From Oikopleura dioica (Eukaryota; Animalia; Chordata), in contig OU015566.1 in NCBI GenBank assembly GCA_907165135.1, positions 558,001 to 622,000 of the forward strand: 64,000 nucleotides of DNA, in the 5' to 3' direction. Below are positions 62,613-64,000 of the stretch, in pieces (the stretch's first letter is position 1; each line of letters starts with the position of its first letter). The position numbers and the translations under genes were made by a program. Under the pieces are notes generated by a model. The model did no database searches. It had not been told where the DNA came from and saw nothing but the letters and a program-made list of their open reading frames with translations.

Positions 62613-63841
62613 CATTCTCGAGTATGTCATGACTGAATCCTCTGCACATCGTTTTTATACCGGCTTGAGGATTATAAGCGCCTTATCAGGTTTCACGTTA
62701 AAATAGAGCCTCACTGAGGGTCCTTTTTTTTAGAAATAAGAAAACCTGACAAGCCCGGATGAAATCGAAAAATGAAGAATTTGAAGCGCGGAATCAAATT
62801 GATCGTTTAAACAAACTGCGATTGCTTTTTATGAAAAAAAGGAAGCGTTCGAACCTTATGCTCGGTGATGCGCTGAAAATTTAATCACAATCTGCATTGG
62901 ATTAAAAGACTTAGGGCAGAAAGGCATAATTGAGTTTCACGTAAAGACAGTGCCCTTCGAATTCACGTTTTCTGTAAAAAAATGAAATTAGCTTGAATGT
63001 TGAGTAGTGTCCGAGATTTCAGGAATCCCCCCCTGATCCAAAAACTTTTTTGAAAATTGTTTTTTCTTCATTCTTGAATACTTATTCAGTCCAAAAATCA
63101 AGGTGCTCAGGGTGATCGATAGAAACCTTAGATACACCCTTAAGGGGTAGTATCAATTTTCTTATGGAGTTTTTATTGCCTGTAAGACATTAACTTTGCC
63201 GTTTATTGGATTTTACGCAAATGAGGATACCCTTAATCACTTTTTATAATTTTGAGCTAAGATAAGCTCGTTAAGTTGAGCATCGCAAAATTTTCTTCTA
63301 AGCTAGCTAAGCTGTGAACTGACACTCCCAGAAAAATTGCTAAGCTAGCTTAGCGAAGCTGAGTTTTTTTTTGGCCTCAGCAAAGCTATTTTTATCTATA
63401 CAAGCTTGTTTCTGCCAGATTTTCAGTTAAAACTGCTGAAGAATTTCTTCGTAATATTTTCATTTTATTTCACGGAGTAAATTTACGAAATCAGTGAATA
63501 TACATTTTGCTCCGCCCTGCTCTCGAGCGTCAACAGCGACACAAGTGCTCGAAGCTTTATTGGAATTTATTATGGGTTGAAAATTTGATGATTCCAGACA
63601 ATTTTTATTTTCTTTGAATAAAAAAGATGATTTTTTGACTATTTTCAGTACAACCATCTCTGCGTCTCCTATTTTTTCAGGTAAATCTTGAGCTAATCTT
63701 TATAAAAAACCCTTCTCGTTGAAAATTCCTTTCTATTTTAACGCCAAAATGCATATCGACCAATTTTTGATAACGATTTGATAATTTTAATGACAGCAAA
63801 AGCTTTTCTGTAACAGACAACAGTTGTCTTTAATTTGGGGA

Positions 63842-63990
63842 GGTGTCTGGAACCGACAAAAAAACTTCAACAAATTTTGCGTGGAAATTTTCAACCAATC
63901 AGAAGCCTGGATTCGGCAAACCGGGGAATCAGCAACCGAGTTGCCGCCCACGCAAAATTTGTCGAAATTTTTTTGTCCGTTCCAGACACC
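63842..63990 (+). mobile_element. MITE family 1, copy F
   Basis: ggtgtctggaaccgacaaaaaaa ... ttttttgtccgttccagacacc. Confidence 0.92.
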
Positions 63991-64000
63991 ATCCCGTTAA

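Noticed and set aside
1-64000. CRISPR arrays, rRNA or tRNA genes
   Set aside because: No regularly spaced direct repeats with unique spacers and no recognisable structured-RNA genes; the repeats present are MITEs or LTRs.

Overview
Compact, AT-rich eukaryotic DNA with introns of about 40-50 nt, some apparent GA-AG introns, and Cys-rich/Kelch and ZP gene families. This fits the appendicularian tunicate Oikopleura dioica (inference; no database search was run). About 14 genes can be built by hand, most encoding secreted or cell-surface proteins: a beta-1,4-galactosyltransferase with a nested antisense mucin-like gene, a Cys-rich/Kelch protein, a very large thrombospondin, an M1 aminopeptidase N, a small fibrinogen-Aalpha-like chain, an astacin, a SEA-like membrane mucin, a small Cys-tailed protein, a membrane ZP protein, a type II CUB protein, an NCKX exchanger, a ZP-Kelch gene and an HFR-EGF-ZP gene. 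Several MITE families are present. A decayed, non-autonomous 3.07-kb LTR element sits inside an inverted-repeat element inside an intron. The strongest novel signal is the 5-exon gene at 21838-22679. It reproduces the N-terminal layout of vertebrate fibrinogen Aalpha (R|GPR knob, WNxxCPxxC ring at identical spacing, a coiled coil of about 110 aa) but has no FReD. It lies 4.4 kb from a thrombospondin whose N-terminus carries five fibronectin-type-I-like modules. No rRNA, tRNA or CRISPR features were recognised.
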